DNA of 41,498 nucleotides from an uncultured Methanosarcinales archaeon (GCA_964535955.1 CAZHVK010000002.1:134122-175619); one strand, 5' to 3'. Counted from the stretch's first letter, positions 19,147 to 27,929 are shown. The notes: generated from the sequence alone by a model not told the origin. Made by a program: numbers and translations.

Positions 19147-19631
19147 TGGAAACATCTAAAGTAAAAACACAAAATAAAAGCCAAACAAAGGATAAAGACA
19201 ATAAAGAAAAGATTGCAGTTATCCTAATTAGAGGCCGAATAGGTATAAGAAAAGATATAAAAAGCACTCTTAAGATGCTCAGATTAAATAAAAAAAATGT
19301 TTGTGTTGTTGTTAATAAAACTCCTGATATGCTTGGAATGATTATCAAATGTAAAGATTATGTAACATTTGGAGAGATTGATGATGAAACCCACAAACTA
19401 TTAATAGAAAAAAGAGGAAAAGAATACAAAGGAAGATTAAAGGACAGCAGAGGAAAAATAAAATATAATAAGTTTTTAGAATATAATGGGAAAAAATTAA
19501 ACCCATATTTTAGATTGAATCCTCCAAAAGGTGGTTTTGAAAGAAAAGGCACAAAAAATTCATATAATAGAGGCGGTGCTTTAGGTTATCGTGGTAACAA
19601 GATTAATGATTTAATTAAAAAAATGATATAA
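19146..19631 (+). CDS. rpl30: 50S ribosomal protein uL30
   Basis: TLKMLRL, KDYVTFGE, FRLNPPKGG, GALGYRG. Confidence 0.96.
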   Translation: METSKVKTQNKSQTKDKDNKEKIAVILIRGRIGIRKDIKSTLKMLRLNKKNVCVVVNKTPDMLGMIIKCKDYVTFGEIDDETHKLLIEKRGKEYKGRLKDSRGKIKYNKFLEYNGKKLNPYFRLNPPKGGFERKGTKNSYNRGGALGYRGNKINDLIKKMI

Positions 19632-19656
19632 TAACAGATTAAAGGTGAATTAACTA

Positions 19657-20241
19657 ATGGTTATCAATAAAAGAAAAAAAAACTCCAGACAACGTGGGTC
19701 AAAAACTCATGGTTGGGGGAGTATGAAGAAGCATAGAGGAGCTGGAAGTAGAGGAGGACGTGGAAGAGCAGGGACTGGTAAGAGATGTGATACTAAAAAA
19801 ACAAGTTATTGGCATGAAAAATACTTTGGAAAACAAGGTCTGAAATCCCGAAAAAAAAGAGAAAAAACAATTAACACATTTACTATTGAATTAAAATTAA
19901 ACAAATGGTTAAAAGATAAAAAAGTAAAAAAAATCTCAGAGCAAGGCTCTGATAATACTCAGAAACAAGTTTCTGACAAACAAGATACTTATATTATTGA
20001 CTTAAACAAACTTGGTTATGACAAACTTCTATGTAAAAATATTGTGAAATTCAAATTGGACATTACTGTAAAGAAATGTTCAAAACAAGCAAAAGACAAA
20101 ATAGAAAAAGCTGGTGGCAAAGTAACTTTAATTGAACCTAAAAAAAAAGAGAAAAAGGTAGAAGAGAAAAAAGATAAAACAGAAAAAAGCAAAAAACAAA
20201 CAAAACAAGAAGTAACAAAAGAAAAAGAATCTAAAAAATAA
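19657..20241 (+). CDS. rpl15: 50S ribosomal protein uL15 (with internal ~15-aa insertion)
   Basis: RGSKTHGWG, RGAGSRGGRG, GYDKLL, KIEKAGG. Confidence 0.97.
   Translation: MVINKRKKNSRQRGSKTHGWGSMKKHRGAGSRGGRGRAGTGKRCDTKKTSYWHEKYFGKQGLKSRKKREKTINTFTIELKLNKWLKDKKVKKISEQGSDNTQKQVSDKQDTYIIDLNKLGYDKLLCKNIVKFKLDITVKKCSKQAKDKIEKAGGKVTLIEPKKKEKKVEEKKDKTEKSKKQTKQEVTKEKESKK
19935..19980 (+). repeat. in-frame twin-hairpin palindromic element in uL15 (SEQGSDNTQKQVSDK)
   Basis: TCAGAGC-aag-GCTCTGA taatac TCAGAAAC-aa-GTTTCTGA; 38/46 identity with the uS3 copy. Confidence 0.82.
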
Positions 20242-20264
20242 AAAACAAAAGATTAAAAAAATAT

Positions 20265-20321
20265 GCCCAAGAATAGCCTCTTAACAACCCTAAATGGGTA
20301 GTGAGGACGTGGATTGTGGGC
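20265..20321 (+). promoter_or_regulatory. GC-rich stem-loop upstream of secY
   Basis: Nested pairings GCCCA/TGGGC, CCTC/GAGG and ACCC/GGGT in an A-rich spacer. Confidence 0.45.
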
Positions 20322-20342
20322 CAATAAATAAAAAATAAAAAA

Positions 20343-21779
20343 ATGGCATTTTTTGATCCAATTTTAAACAATCTTCCTGAAGTAGAAGGTCCACAACAAA
20401 AAAGACTTTCTTTTAAAGAAAAGTTAAAATGGACTCTAATGGTATTAGTGCTTTATTTCATTATGGGTGCTATTCCTTTATTTGGTTTAGGGCAGTATGT
20501 AAAAGAACAATTTGAATTCATTTCTATCATATTAGGAGCAAAATTTGGAAGTATTATATCATTAGGAATAGGTCCAATTGTTACAGGTTCTATTGTATTA
20601 CAATTATTACAAGGTTCTGGTTTAGTCAAATTTGATACTGCAACAACAGAAGGCAGAAAACGATATCAAGGAGTACAAAAATTAACTTCTTTCTTCTTTG
20701 TAATATTTGAAGCATTTATTTATGTTTACATGAATGCTCTTCCACCTGAAATAGGAATTTCACCTTTAGTAATAGTATTTCAATTAATCTTAGGTGGAGT
20801 TATAATCATGTTTTTAGATGAAGTAATTACTAAATGGGGCTTTGGTTCGGGTATTAGTTTATTTATAGCAGCAGGAGTATCTGAACAGATCTTTGTCCAA
20901 GGTCTTTCATGGTTCCATGTTATTGGACCTGGAGGACAACGAGGAGAAGAATTCATAGGAGCACTTCCAGAGTTAATAAGGGTTCTACCATTAGGAGATA
21001 CTACCACTGCTGGTCTTAAACTTGCTGCAATCATTGGCACAATATTAGTATTTGCAATGGCTGTCTATGGCCAAGCAATGAAAGTTGAAATTCCTCTTAG
21101 ATTTGAAAGAGTTCGTGGGCACGGCATAAGGTGGCCTTTAGCTTTTATTTATACAAGCAATATACCAGTTATCCTTGTTGCTGCTTTACTTGCTAATTTA
21201 CAATTATTAGCCAGATTATTTCAGAATTGGGTTACTAAAATAAGTGCAGGAAACATACTAATGTTTATTTCAGAACATATAATAGGGCAATATCAAGGGA
21301 GCAATCCTATAAGTGGTATGGTCAAATGGGTCTCAATACCAGGTGGCAGGTTAGGACTTGTAGGAGAAATTATTACAAATGGTTTCACAGGAGTTCCTGT
21401 AAGCCATTATATCCAAGCTTTAAGTTATATGTTGTTTATGATTATTGGTTCAGTGATTTTTGCAGCATTTTGGGTGCAAACATCTGGAATGGATGCTAAA
21501 TCACAAGCAAAACAAATAATGAACTCAGGTTTACAAGTGGCAGGGTTTAGAAGAGACCCAAGAGTTTTAGAATATATTTTAAATAGATATATTTGGCCAT
21601 TAACAATAATGGGTGGAATTACAGTAGGATTTCTTGCATCATTTGCAGACATTGTAGGTGCTTTATCAAGAGGAACTGGTATTTTACTAGCTGTAATGAT
21701 AATTTACAAATTATATGAAGAAGTTGCTAAGCAGCATATGATGGATATGCATCCAATGATGAGGAGGTTTATGGAATAA
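20343..21779 (+). CDS. secY: preprotein translocase SecY
   Basis: LGIGPIVT, KWGFGSGISLFI, YTSNIPVIL, GFRRD, GTGILL. Confidence 0.98.
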   Translation: MAFFDPILNNLPEVEGPQQKRLSFKEKLKWTLMVLVLYFIMGAIPLFGLGQYVKEQFEFISIILGAKFGSIISLGIGPIVTGSIVLQLLQGSGLVKFDTATTEGRKRYQGVQKLTSFFFVIFEAFIYVYMNALPPEIGISPLVIVFQLILGGVIIMFLDEVITKWGFGSGISLFIAAGVSEQIFVQGLSWFHVIGPGGQRGEEFIGALPELIRVLPLGDTTTAGLKLAAIIGTILVFAMAVYGQAMKVEIPLRFERVRGHGIRWPLAFIYTSNIPVILVAALLANLQLLARLFQNWVTKISAGNILMFISEHIIGQYQGSNPISGMVKWVSIPGGRLGLVGEIITNGFTGVPVSHYIQALSYMLFMIIGSVIFAAFWVQTSGMDAKSQAKQIMNSGLQVAGFRRDPRVLEYILNRYIWPLTIMGGITVGFLASFADIVGALSRGTGILLAVMIIYKLYEEVAKQHMMDMHPMMRRFME

Positions 21780-22564
21780 TGATAACTTCATTTTTAGACC
21801 CAGTATTGAATCCTTTGCTTAAATTAAATCCTTTAGTAGCAATAATCATAATTTCAGTTAGTTTATCCACTATCATTACTATACTTTACAAATATCTTAC
21901 AGATCAAACATTGATGAAAAGTTTAAGAGATCAATTAAAAAAATTTCAACAACAAATGAAAGAACATAAAAAAGATCCTGAAAAATTAATGGAAATACAG
22001 AAAAAATCAATGGAAGTAAACATGAAATATATGATGCAGTCATTTAAACCAATGATATTCACATTTATCCCTATTATATTAATCTTAGGCTGGATAAATG
22101 CACACTTAGCATATGAACCAATTTTGCCAGGAGAAGAATTCACAACAACAATAGAATTTTATAAAGACCTAACAGGTAGTGCAACAATAATAATCCCTGA
22201 TGAAATTGAATTATTAAATAACAAAGAGCAAAAGATTAAACCAGAAACAGATGATGGCTGGCTCTGGGACACTGAAAAAGCAGTGGCCAGGTGGAAACTT
22301 AAGTCTGATAAAAAAGGAGAATATCTTATACAATTTGAATATGATGATCAAACATACAAAAAAGATGTATTAATTACAGATAAAAGAAATTATGCAGAAA
22401 TAAGAACAAATATTAATGACAAAAAGATTAAAACATTAAACATAGATAATGATAAGATGAAGCCTTTAAGTTTCAATGGAATAAGATTGGGATGGATTTG
22501 GACATATATAATATTTTCAATTTTAACAAATTTAACACTGAAAAAAATACTAAAGATACACTAA
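21779..22564 (+). CDS. EMC3/TMCO1-family (DUF106, Oxa1 superfamily) membrane insertase with extra soluble domain
   Basis: TM-coiled coil-SFKPM-TM...WIWTYIIFS architecture; conserved position after secY. Confidence 0.88.
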   Translation: MITSFLDPVLNPLLKLNPLVAIIIISVSLSTIITILYKYLTDQTLMKSLRDQLKKFQQQMKEHKKDPEKLMEIQKKSMEVNMKYMMQSFKPMIFTFIPIILILGWINAHLAYEPILPGEEFTTTIEFYKDLTGSATIIIPDEIELLNNKEQKIKPETDDGWLWDTEKAVARWKLKSDKKGEYLIQFEYDDQTYKKDVLITDKRNYAEIRTNINDKKIKTLNIDNDKMKPLSFNGIRLGWIWTYIIFSILTNLTLKKILKIH

Positions 22565-22601
22565 ATTTATAAAGAAAATTGAATTTCAGAGGTATAACAA
22601 C

Positions 22602-22865
22602 ATGGTAAGTGGAAAACACAAATCAAGAAGCAAAAGAAGAGTTTTTGTTAAAACAACTACTAAAACAAAGATTCACTATAGAAAAAGAAAGCCTAGTAAA
22701 GCTAAATGTGGAAAATGCAGAGTAATATTAAAAGGAGTTCCAAATGTCCGTGCTATGAAATTAAAAAGAATACCAAAAACAAAAAAAAGACCTGAAAGAC
22801 CGTATGGTGGTGTTTTATGTAGTAAATGTATGAGATTAGAGATAAAGAGGCTGGCAAGAATATGA
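22602..22865 (+). CDS. rpl34e: 50S ribosomal protein eL34
   Basis: KCGKC...LKGV...RPERPYGGVLCSKC. Confidence 0.96.
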   Translation: MVSGKHKSRSKRRVFVKTTTKTKIHYRKRKPSKAKCGKCRVILKGVPNVRAMKLKRIPKTKKRPERPYGGVLCSKCMRLEIKRLARI

Positions 22866-23209
22866 TGGAAATAGGTAGATTAGTTATAAAGATTGCAGGT
22901 AGAGATGCAAAGAAAAAAGCAATTATAATTGACATAATTGATGAAAACAATGTAATGATCGATGGCCAAACTCGTAGAAGAAAATGTAATATCAAACATT
23001 TAGAGCCTCTTGACAAAACAGTCCATATAAAGAAAGGTGCTTCTCATTCAGATGTAATTGATACTTTCAAAGACTTAGGTATAGAGATCAAAGAGAAAAA
23101 GAAAAAAGACAAAGTTAAATCAGCAAAACCAGTAAAAAAGAGAAAAATCAAGAAAAAAGTTGAAGAAACAACAAAAGAAAAAAAAAGAAACAAAGAAAGA
23201 AAAACCTAA
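22862..23209 (+). CDS. rpl14e: 50S ribosomal protein eL14
   Basis: EIGRLVIKIAGRDA, RRKCNIKHLEP. Confidence 0.95.
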   Translation: MMEIGRLVIKIAGRDAKKKAIIIDIIDENNVMIDGQTRRRKCNIKHLEPLDKTVHIKKGASHSDVIDTFKDLGIEIKEKKKKDKVKSAKPVKKRKIKKKVEETTKEKKRNKERKT

Positions 23210-23268
23210 AGAAGAAAAGGAAAAAGTAAAAGAAGAAATTAAACAAGAAAAGAAATAATTCTTATAAC

Positions 23269-24033
23269 TTACCCAAACACTTCATCTACAGACCTCATCT
23301 CATTTGTTTTATCATAAGACCAAAGAACTGACAATTCCCCACTGCGCAAAACAGGATCATACCTATAACCAACCAAATAAATATATCTTGGTTTAATAAA
23401 CTTCTTCATAGACTTAGCCAAATTAAGATAACCTCTGAGTTTCTTATCACTAGACAAAATAACACCTTTAGTTTTTCTTCTATTTAACAGACGAAAAACT
23501 GCAGAAACAAGACTACCATCAACATCAAGAGAATGTTCATTATCAACACGAGCAATTTTAAGATAATTTATTAAATCTTTAATCATATCTGCTGATTGTT
23601 TGTAGAATGACACAACTGTTTTTTGACACATACCTAATTTATCATCAAAAAGCTTTTTATCCTTGGCAAAATTTTCCATATTATAAAAAAAACGCAAAGT
23701 ATTACCAATTTCATTCTTAAGGTTGCTTGTCAAATAAATTTTTTTCTTATTTTTCTCTAAAAGATTAATAAAGTGATATAAGAAAAGCAGATTATATTGA
23801 AAAAAATTCTTAATATGGTATAACTTAGGATTTGCATCTGTTTTTTGTGCCAAAGAACACAAATAAGTATGAGATTTTATACGAGGACTTTCATATTCAA
23901 AAAATAAAGGTATACCTAGAATACTGGTATCTAACAAAACAACTTCATTTTGATTTATAACTTTTTCATACCTACTTAAAACACTTTCTAAATCAAATTT
24001 AACAGGAAACTTAAGAGGTAACTTTCTTGGCAT
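23269..24033 (-). CDS. PIN-domain-like protein
   Basis: PIN-type acidic motifs LLDTSIL, T...NE, VDGSL and ILSSDKKL. Confidence 0.55.
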   Translation of the reverse strand: MPRKLPLKFPVKFDLESVLSRYEKVINQNEVVLLDTSILGIPLFFEYESPRIKSHTYLCSLAQKTDANPKLYHIKNFFQYNLLFLYHFINLLEKNKKKIYLTSNLKNEIGNTLRFFYNMENFAKDKKLFDDKLGMCQKTVVSFYKQSADMIKDLINYLKIARVDNEHSLDVDGSLVSAVFRLLNRRKTKGVILSSDKKLRGYLNLAKSMKKFIKPRYIYLVGYRYDPVLRSGELSVLWSYDKTNEMRSVDEVFG

Positions 24034-24133
24034 AATATAAAGGACTAGTATAATGTTTATAAACACTTATATCCTGCACAAAATACATAAACATTCAATA
24101 ACCTTTAAAAACAAACACATCATTCTATACCAT

Positions 24134-24206
24134 TGTGTGTGATGATTTGGTGAACACCATCTGAACCTTCGGGTAATGATGACCGGAAGTAACTAATGAA
24201 CACACA
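24134..24206 (+). ncRNA. C/D box guide sRNA (double guide)
   Basis: Box C GTGATGA 24139-45, D' CTGA 24161-64, ACC-TTCG-GGT linker, C' ATGATGA 24176-82, D ATGA 24196-99, terminal stem TGTGT/ACACA; TTTAAAAA about 25 nt upstream. Confidence 0.9.
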
Positions 24207-24217
24207 CTCATTATATT

Positions 24218-25393
24218 TTAACCAAACATTCCAACATAATCATTATCTTCTTCATGCTCTTTTTGTTTAACCTTTTCAATTGCATCTAAGAAGTCCTTTT
24301 GTATAACCGTTGTCTCATTCTTTCTGATAGCAAAATAACCAGCTTCAGTACATACAGCTTTAATATCTGCTCCTGAAAAATAAGTAATATGTTTTATAAG
24401 ATCATCAAAATTAATATCCCCAGCCAGATTCATATTTTTGGTATGAATTTTCAATATCTCTACCTTTGCTTCATCACTTGGCAGATCAATATGTATTAAT
24501 CTATCAAGACGACCAGGTCTGATAACAGCATTATCAAGAATATCCTTTCTATTTGTTGCACCAATTATCTTTACATTACCTAAACTATCAAAACCATCAA
24601 CTTCTGCAAGTAATTGCATAAATGTTCTTTGTACTTCACGTTCCCCTGAAGTACCAATATCAATCCTTGTCGCAGCAATTGCATCCAGCTCATCAATAAA
24701 TATTATAGAAGGAGCTTTTTCTTTAGCTAACTGAAACACTTCTTTAACTAATTTAGCACCTTCACCAATAAATTTTTGGACTAATTCTGAACCAACTATT
24801 TCTATAAAAGTTGAATTAGTAGAATTTGCAACAGCCTTTGCTAACAAAGTCTTTCCAGTACCAGGAGGACCATGCAACAAGATACCCTTAGGAGGCTCAA
24901 TACCAACTTTCCTAAATAATTCAGGCTTTACTAATGGCAATTCAACCACTTCTTTGATTTCATTTACCTGATCATTTAAACCACCAATTTGTTTCCAACT
25001 TATTTCAGGTTTTTCAATTATAACAAACTTTTCAACATCAAAACTTTTGCTTGAATCAATCTTTTTAACAATAGTAAGATTCTTTTGTTCAACCAGGACA
25101 GTATCACTTATCTTAATATCTTTTGCGTCATTAGATATTTCTACACAAAATTTATTTCCATTAGGAATTCTAATTATAGCTGTTCCATCATTATTTAAAT
25201 CATTCACTTCAGAGACCATTAAAGGAGTTTTCTTATAATGTTCTATTTCTTTTTTCAATTGACTAACTGTTTCTTTTAATAATTTATTTTCTTCTTCTAA
25301 ATAATTAGATGAAGAAGAATAAGAATACATAATTCTATCAATCTCTTCTTGTTGAACATCTTTTTGACCCTTAGCCTTAATATTAGTTGACAT
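24218..25393 (-). CDS. pan: proteasome-activating nucleotidase
   Basis: N-terminal coiled coil, GPPGTGKT, FIDELD, RPGRLDR, C-terminal MFG (HbYX-like). Confidence 0.96.
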   Translation of the reverse strand: MSTNIKAKGQKDVQQEEIDRIMYSYSSSSNYLEEENKLLKETVSQLKKEIEHYKKTPLMVSEVNDLNNDGTAIIRIPNGNKFCVEISNDAKDIKISDTVLVEQKNLTIVKKIDSSKSFDVEKFVIIEKPEISWKQIGGLNDQVNEIKEVVELPLVKPELFRKVGIEPPKGILLHGPPGTGKTLLAKAVANSTNSTFIEIVGSELVQKFIGEGAKLVKEVFQLAKEKAPSIIFIDELDAIAATRIDIGTSGEREVQRTFMQLLAEVDGFDSLGNVKIIGATNRKDILDNAVIRPGRLDRLIHIDLPSDEAKVEILKIHTKNMNLAGDINFDDLIKHITYFSGADIKAVCTEAGYFAIRKNETTVIQKDFLDAIEKVKQKEHEEDNDYVGMFG

Positions 25394-25424
25394 ATGATCT
25401 AGAAAATAAAAATGGTATATAAAT

Positions 25425-25579
25425 CTTTAGTATTTAAGTAAGTAATAAGTTTGTTGGCCTTAAATTTGTTTTTGAGGCCTTCCTACATCGTTAGATGTTC
25501 GATGAACTGAAAATTTTTGTGTTTACAAGAGCATTTTCAGTCTCAAAAACCTGGCCAACTTATTACTTTAGTATTTAAG
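25425..25579. mobile_element. MITE-like nested palindrome flanked by a 14-bp direct repeat
   Basis: CTTTAGTATTTAAG at 25425-38 and 25566-79; inverted repeats AAGTAATAAGTT/AACTTATTACTT, GTTGGCC/GGCCAAC, GTTTTTGAG/CTCAAAAAC and CTGAAAAT/ATTTTCAG. Confidence 0.6.
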
Positions 25580-25596
25580 AGGCAGATATAAAATTT

Positions 25597-26136
25597 TTAC
25601 TTATTAAACCTTTTATCATAAGCCTCAGAAGCTTGTTTTATTAATTTCAAAGCAACCTTTTTAGATCGCATACCTCTTACTTTAACTTTTTTACCTTCTA
25701 AGTTTTTATAAACTCTAAAAAACTCCTCAATAACTGTTTTTTTATAAGCAGATAAATCTTTCATAGACCTATCATTTTTATAATCAGGATCACCTAATGC
25801 CACACAAATAATTTTTTCATCTTTTATACCACCATCAATCATGATCATCACACCTATTGGTTTTGCTCTAATAAGTATGCCAGGATAAAAACGTGAAGAA
25901 GAAATAAGCAAAACATCTAATGGATCATCATCACTAGCCAATGTTTGTGGTATAAACCCATAATTAGCAGGATATGCAACAGCACTTGGTATGATTCTAT
26001 CTAATTTTACAACACCAAACCTTTTATCTAGTTCATATTTGCATCTAGAACCCATAGGAATCTCAATCACAACATTAACTACATCTAATTTTCTATTACC
26101 AGGTTCAATCTCATGCCATAAATGTGTCATTTTCAT
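25597..26136 (-). CDS. ppa: inorganic pyrophosphatase (family I)
   Basis: EIPMGSRCKYE, YPANYGFIPQT, DDDPLDVL, DEK. Confidence 0.97.
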   Translation of the reverse strand: MKMTHLWHEIEPGNRKLDVVNVVIEIPMGSRCKYELDKRFGVVKLDRIIPSAVAYPANYGFIPQTLASDDDPLDVLLISSSRFYPGILIRAKPIGVMIMIDGGIKDEKIICVALGDPDYKNDRSMKDLSAYKKTVIEEFFRVYKNLEGKKVKVRGMRSKKVALKLIKQASEAYDKRFNK

Positions 26137-26147
26137 ACCTCTTTTTT

Positions 26148-27800
26148 TTATAAAACTCCAAACAATTCACTTAAATTCAATTCAAAACATGCAACAGGTG
26201 CATCTAAATCAAAATTAACCAACACAGAAGGATGCATTTCTCCAACATAAGCAACATCTTTACCTTTGATAGAAACACGTGCAACACGACCAGAGATGAA
26301 ACTAGGATGTTCAATATCCCTCATTTCATACTTAACACCTAACATCCTCATTAGATAATCAAACACTTGCTTTATCTTAGTAAAATCACCTTTTTCTTCA
26401 CAAAGACCAACACCTAATCTTGTCATTTCTATAACACCAGTCTCCATCATACCTTTTTTATCCTTTTTAAACACAACACCCATTTCAAATATTCTTTGTG
26501 GATATTCATGATGTTTATTATTCTTAAAAACTTCAAGAAGACAAGGAATCATCCACGCACGTAAAACATTATACTCAGATGAGACAGCATTCTGCATTTC
26601 AACCAAATCAAATTTAACATTCATTAATTTATTTTGGATATCTTTATTAGTCAGATTATAAGTATTTAACTCCAACAAACCTAAACCAACTAATGTTTCT
26701 GCAACCTTTCTTTTCAATACTTCAAATGAATCTTCTTCACCAATTGTAGCAACATTAGGTATTTCTTCTTCAAAGTTTTCATAACCATATGCAATCGCAA
26801 TATCTTCTGCAAAATCAACCTCATGCATAATATCAGCACGATACGCAGGTACTAAAACATTACCTTTTTCATAACCAAAACCCATCTTTTCTAATAATTT
26901 CTTAAGGTCTTTTTCTTTTAATTCCAAACCAAGCCATTTATTAATAAAAGCAAGATTAATTTTCCACTTCTTAGGTGACAGATTAGGTGAGATTATCTTT
27001 TTATCAGGATACTTGATTTCAACAGAATAAATTTCTCCACCCATGTCAGCTAAAGTTGTAACACTAATATTGATAGCCAGATCAAGGATACGCTGGTCAA
27101 ACCCAGAACATTCGACTAATATATCACATGTACCAGGTTGAACATTACCAGCTTCATCAGAATTAATTATTGGTGGCATACTAAGCACTCTTCCAAAAGC
27201 ATCATAATAAACAGGAAACTTATCAAAATCTTCTAACTGATGTCCAAATTCTCTTCCAGTCGGATGCTGGCTTAATATCTGTAACCCGTCAAGTTCTTTA
27301 TGAAAATGTAATGGCTTGAACTTGATCTTTTTAGGATCTTCTGCTTTATACTTAACAGGAAACTCAACTTTATCAAGAATATAATAACCAAGAGCAACTT
27401 TCTTCCTGTTCCTCCCAAGTGTTTTATGAATCTTTTCTTGATTTTGCATGATCTCTCTTATTAATTCATCTGTAAACTTAACACCTTTGACAATTGCAGC
27501 AGCAGAACAAGGTCTGTACTTTGCAACAGACTCCTCAACAATGATCTTTTCATTACTCTTCTTAACATTATATGTTCTTAATCCAGTCTTTATACCAATA
27601 AAAGATGAAAATGCTCTTGCAAACCCTTGCTCAGACAACATGTCAGGTCTGTTTGGAAATATTTCTACTTTAATCTCATCACCTTCAATTGATTCAAGAT
27701 CAGTACCAAGCATACTAATTCTATCTTTCAATTTCTCGATAGGAAGTTTTTTTCCTACAAGCTGTTCAAATATTTTTTTGTTTAGTGTTACAGTTGGCAT
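26148..27800 (-). CDS. pheT: phenylalanyl-tRNA synthetase beta subunit
   Basis: PNRPDMLS, LSMPPIINS, YRADIMHEVDFAEDIAIAYGY. Confidence 0.97.
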   Translation of the reverse strand: MPTVTLNKKIFEQLVGKKLPIEKLKDRISMLGTDLESIEGDEIKVEIFPNRPDMLSEQGFARAFSSFIGIKTGLRTYNVKKSNEKIIVEESVAKYRPCSAAAIVKGVKFTDELIREIMQNQEKIHKTLGRNRKKVALGYYILDKVEFPVKYKAEDPKKIKFKPLHFHKELDGLQILSQHPTGREFGHQLEDFDKFPVYYDAFGRVLSMPPIINSDEAGNVQPGTCDILVECSGFDQRILDLAINISVTTLADMGGEIYSVEIKYPDKKIISPNLSPKKWKINLAFINKWLGLELKEKDLKKLLEKMGFGYEKGNVLVPAYRADIMHEVDFAEDIAIAYGYENFEEEIPNVATIGEEDSFEVLKRKVAETLVGLGLLELNTYNLTNKDIQNKLMNVKFDLVEMQNAVSSEYNVLRAWMIPCLLEVFKNNKHHEYPQRIFEMGVVFKKDKKGMMETGVIEMTRLGVGLCEEKGDFTKIKQVFDYLMRMLGVKYEMRDIEHPSFISGRVARVSIKGKDVAYVGEMHPSVLVNFDLDAPVACFELNLSELFGVL

Positions 27801-27829
27801 TTTTTATTTTGTTTGATTTTTATATTTTA

Positions 27830-27929
27830 NNNNNNNNNNNNNNNNNNNNNNNNNNNNNNNNNNNNNNNNNNNNNNNNNNNNNNNNNNNNNNNNNNNNNNN
27901 NNNNNNNNNNNNNNNNNNNNNNNNNNNNN
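27830..27929. other. scaffold gap (100 N)
   Basis: Run of N. Confidence 1.

Noticed and set aside
20265..20326. H/ACA guide RNA
   Set aside because: No K-turn/K-loop, no properly spaced ACA box and no recognisable target
23269..24033. HARP protein-only RNase P
   Set aside because: Only generic PIN motifs are visible, and an Rpp29 gene suggests an RNA-based RNase P
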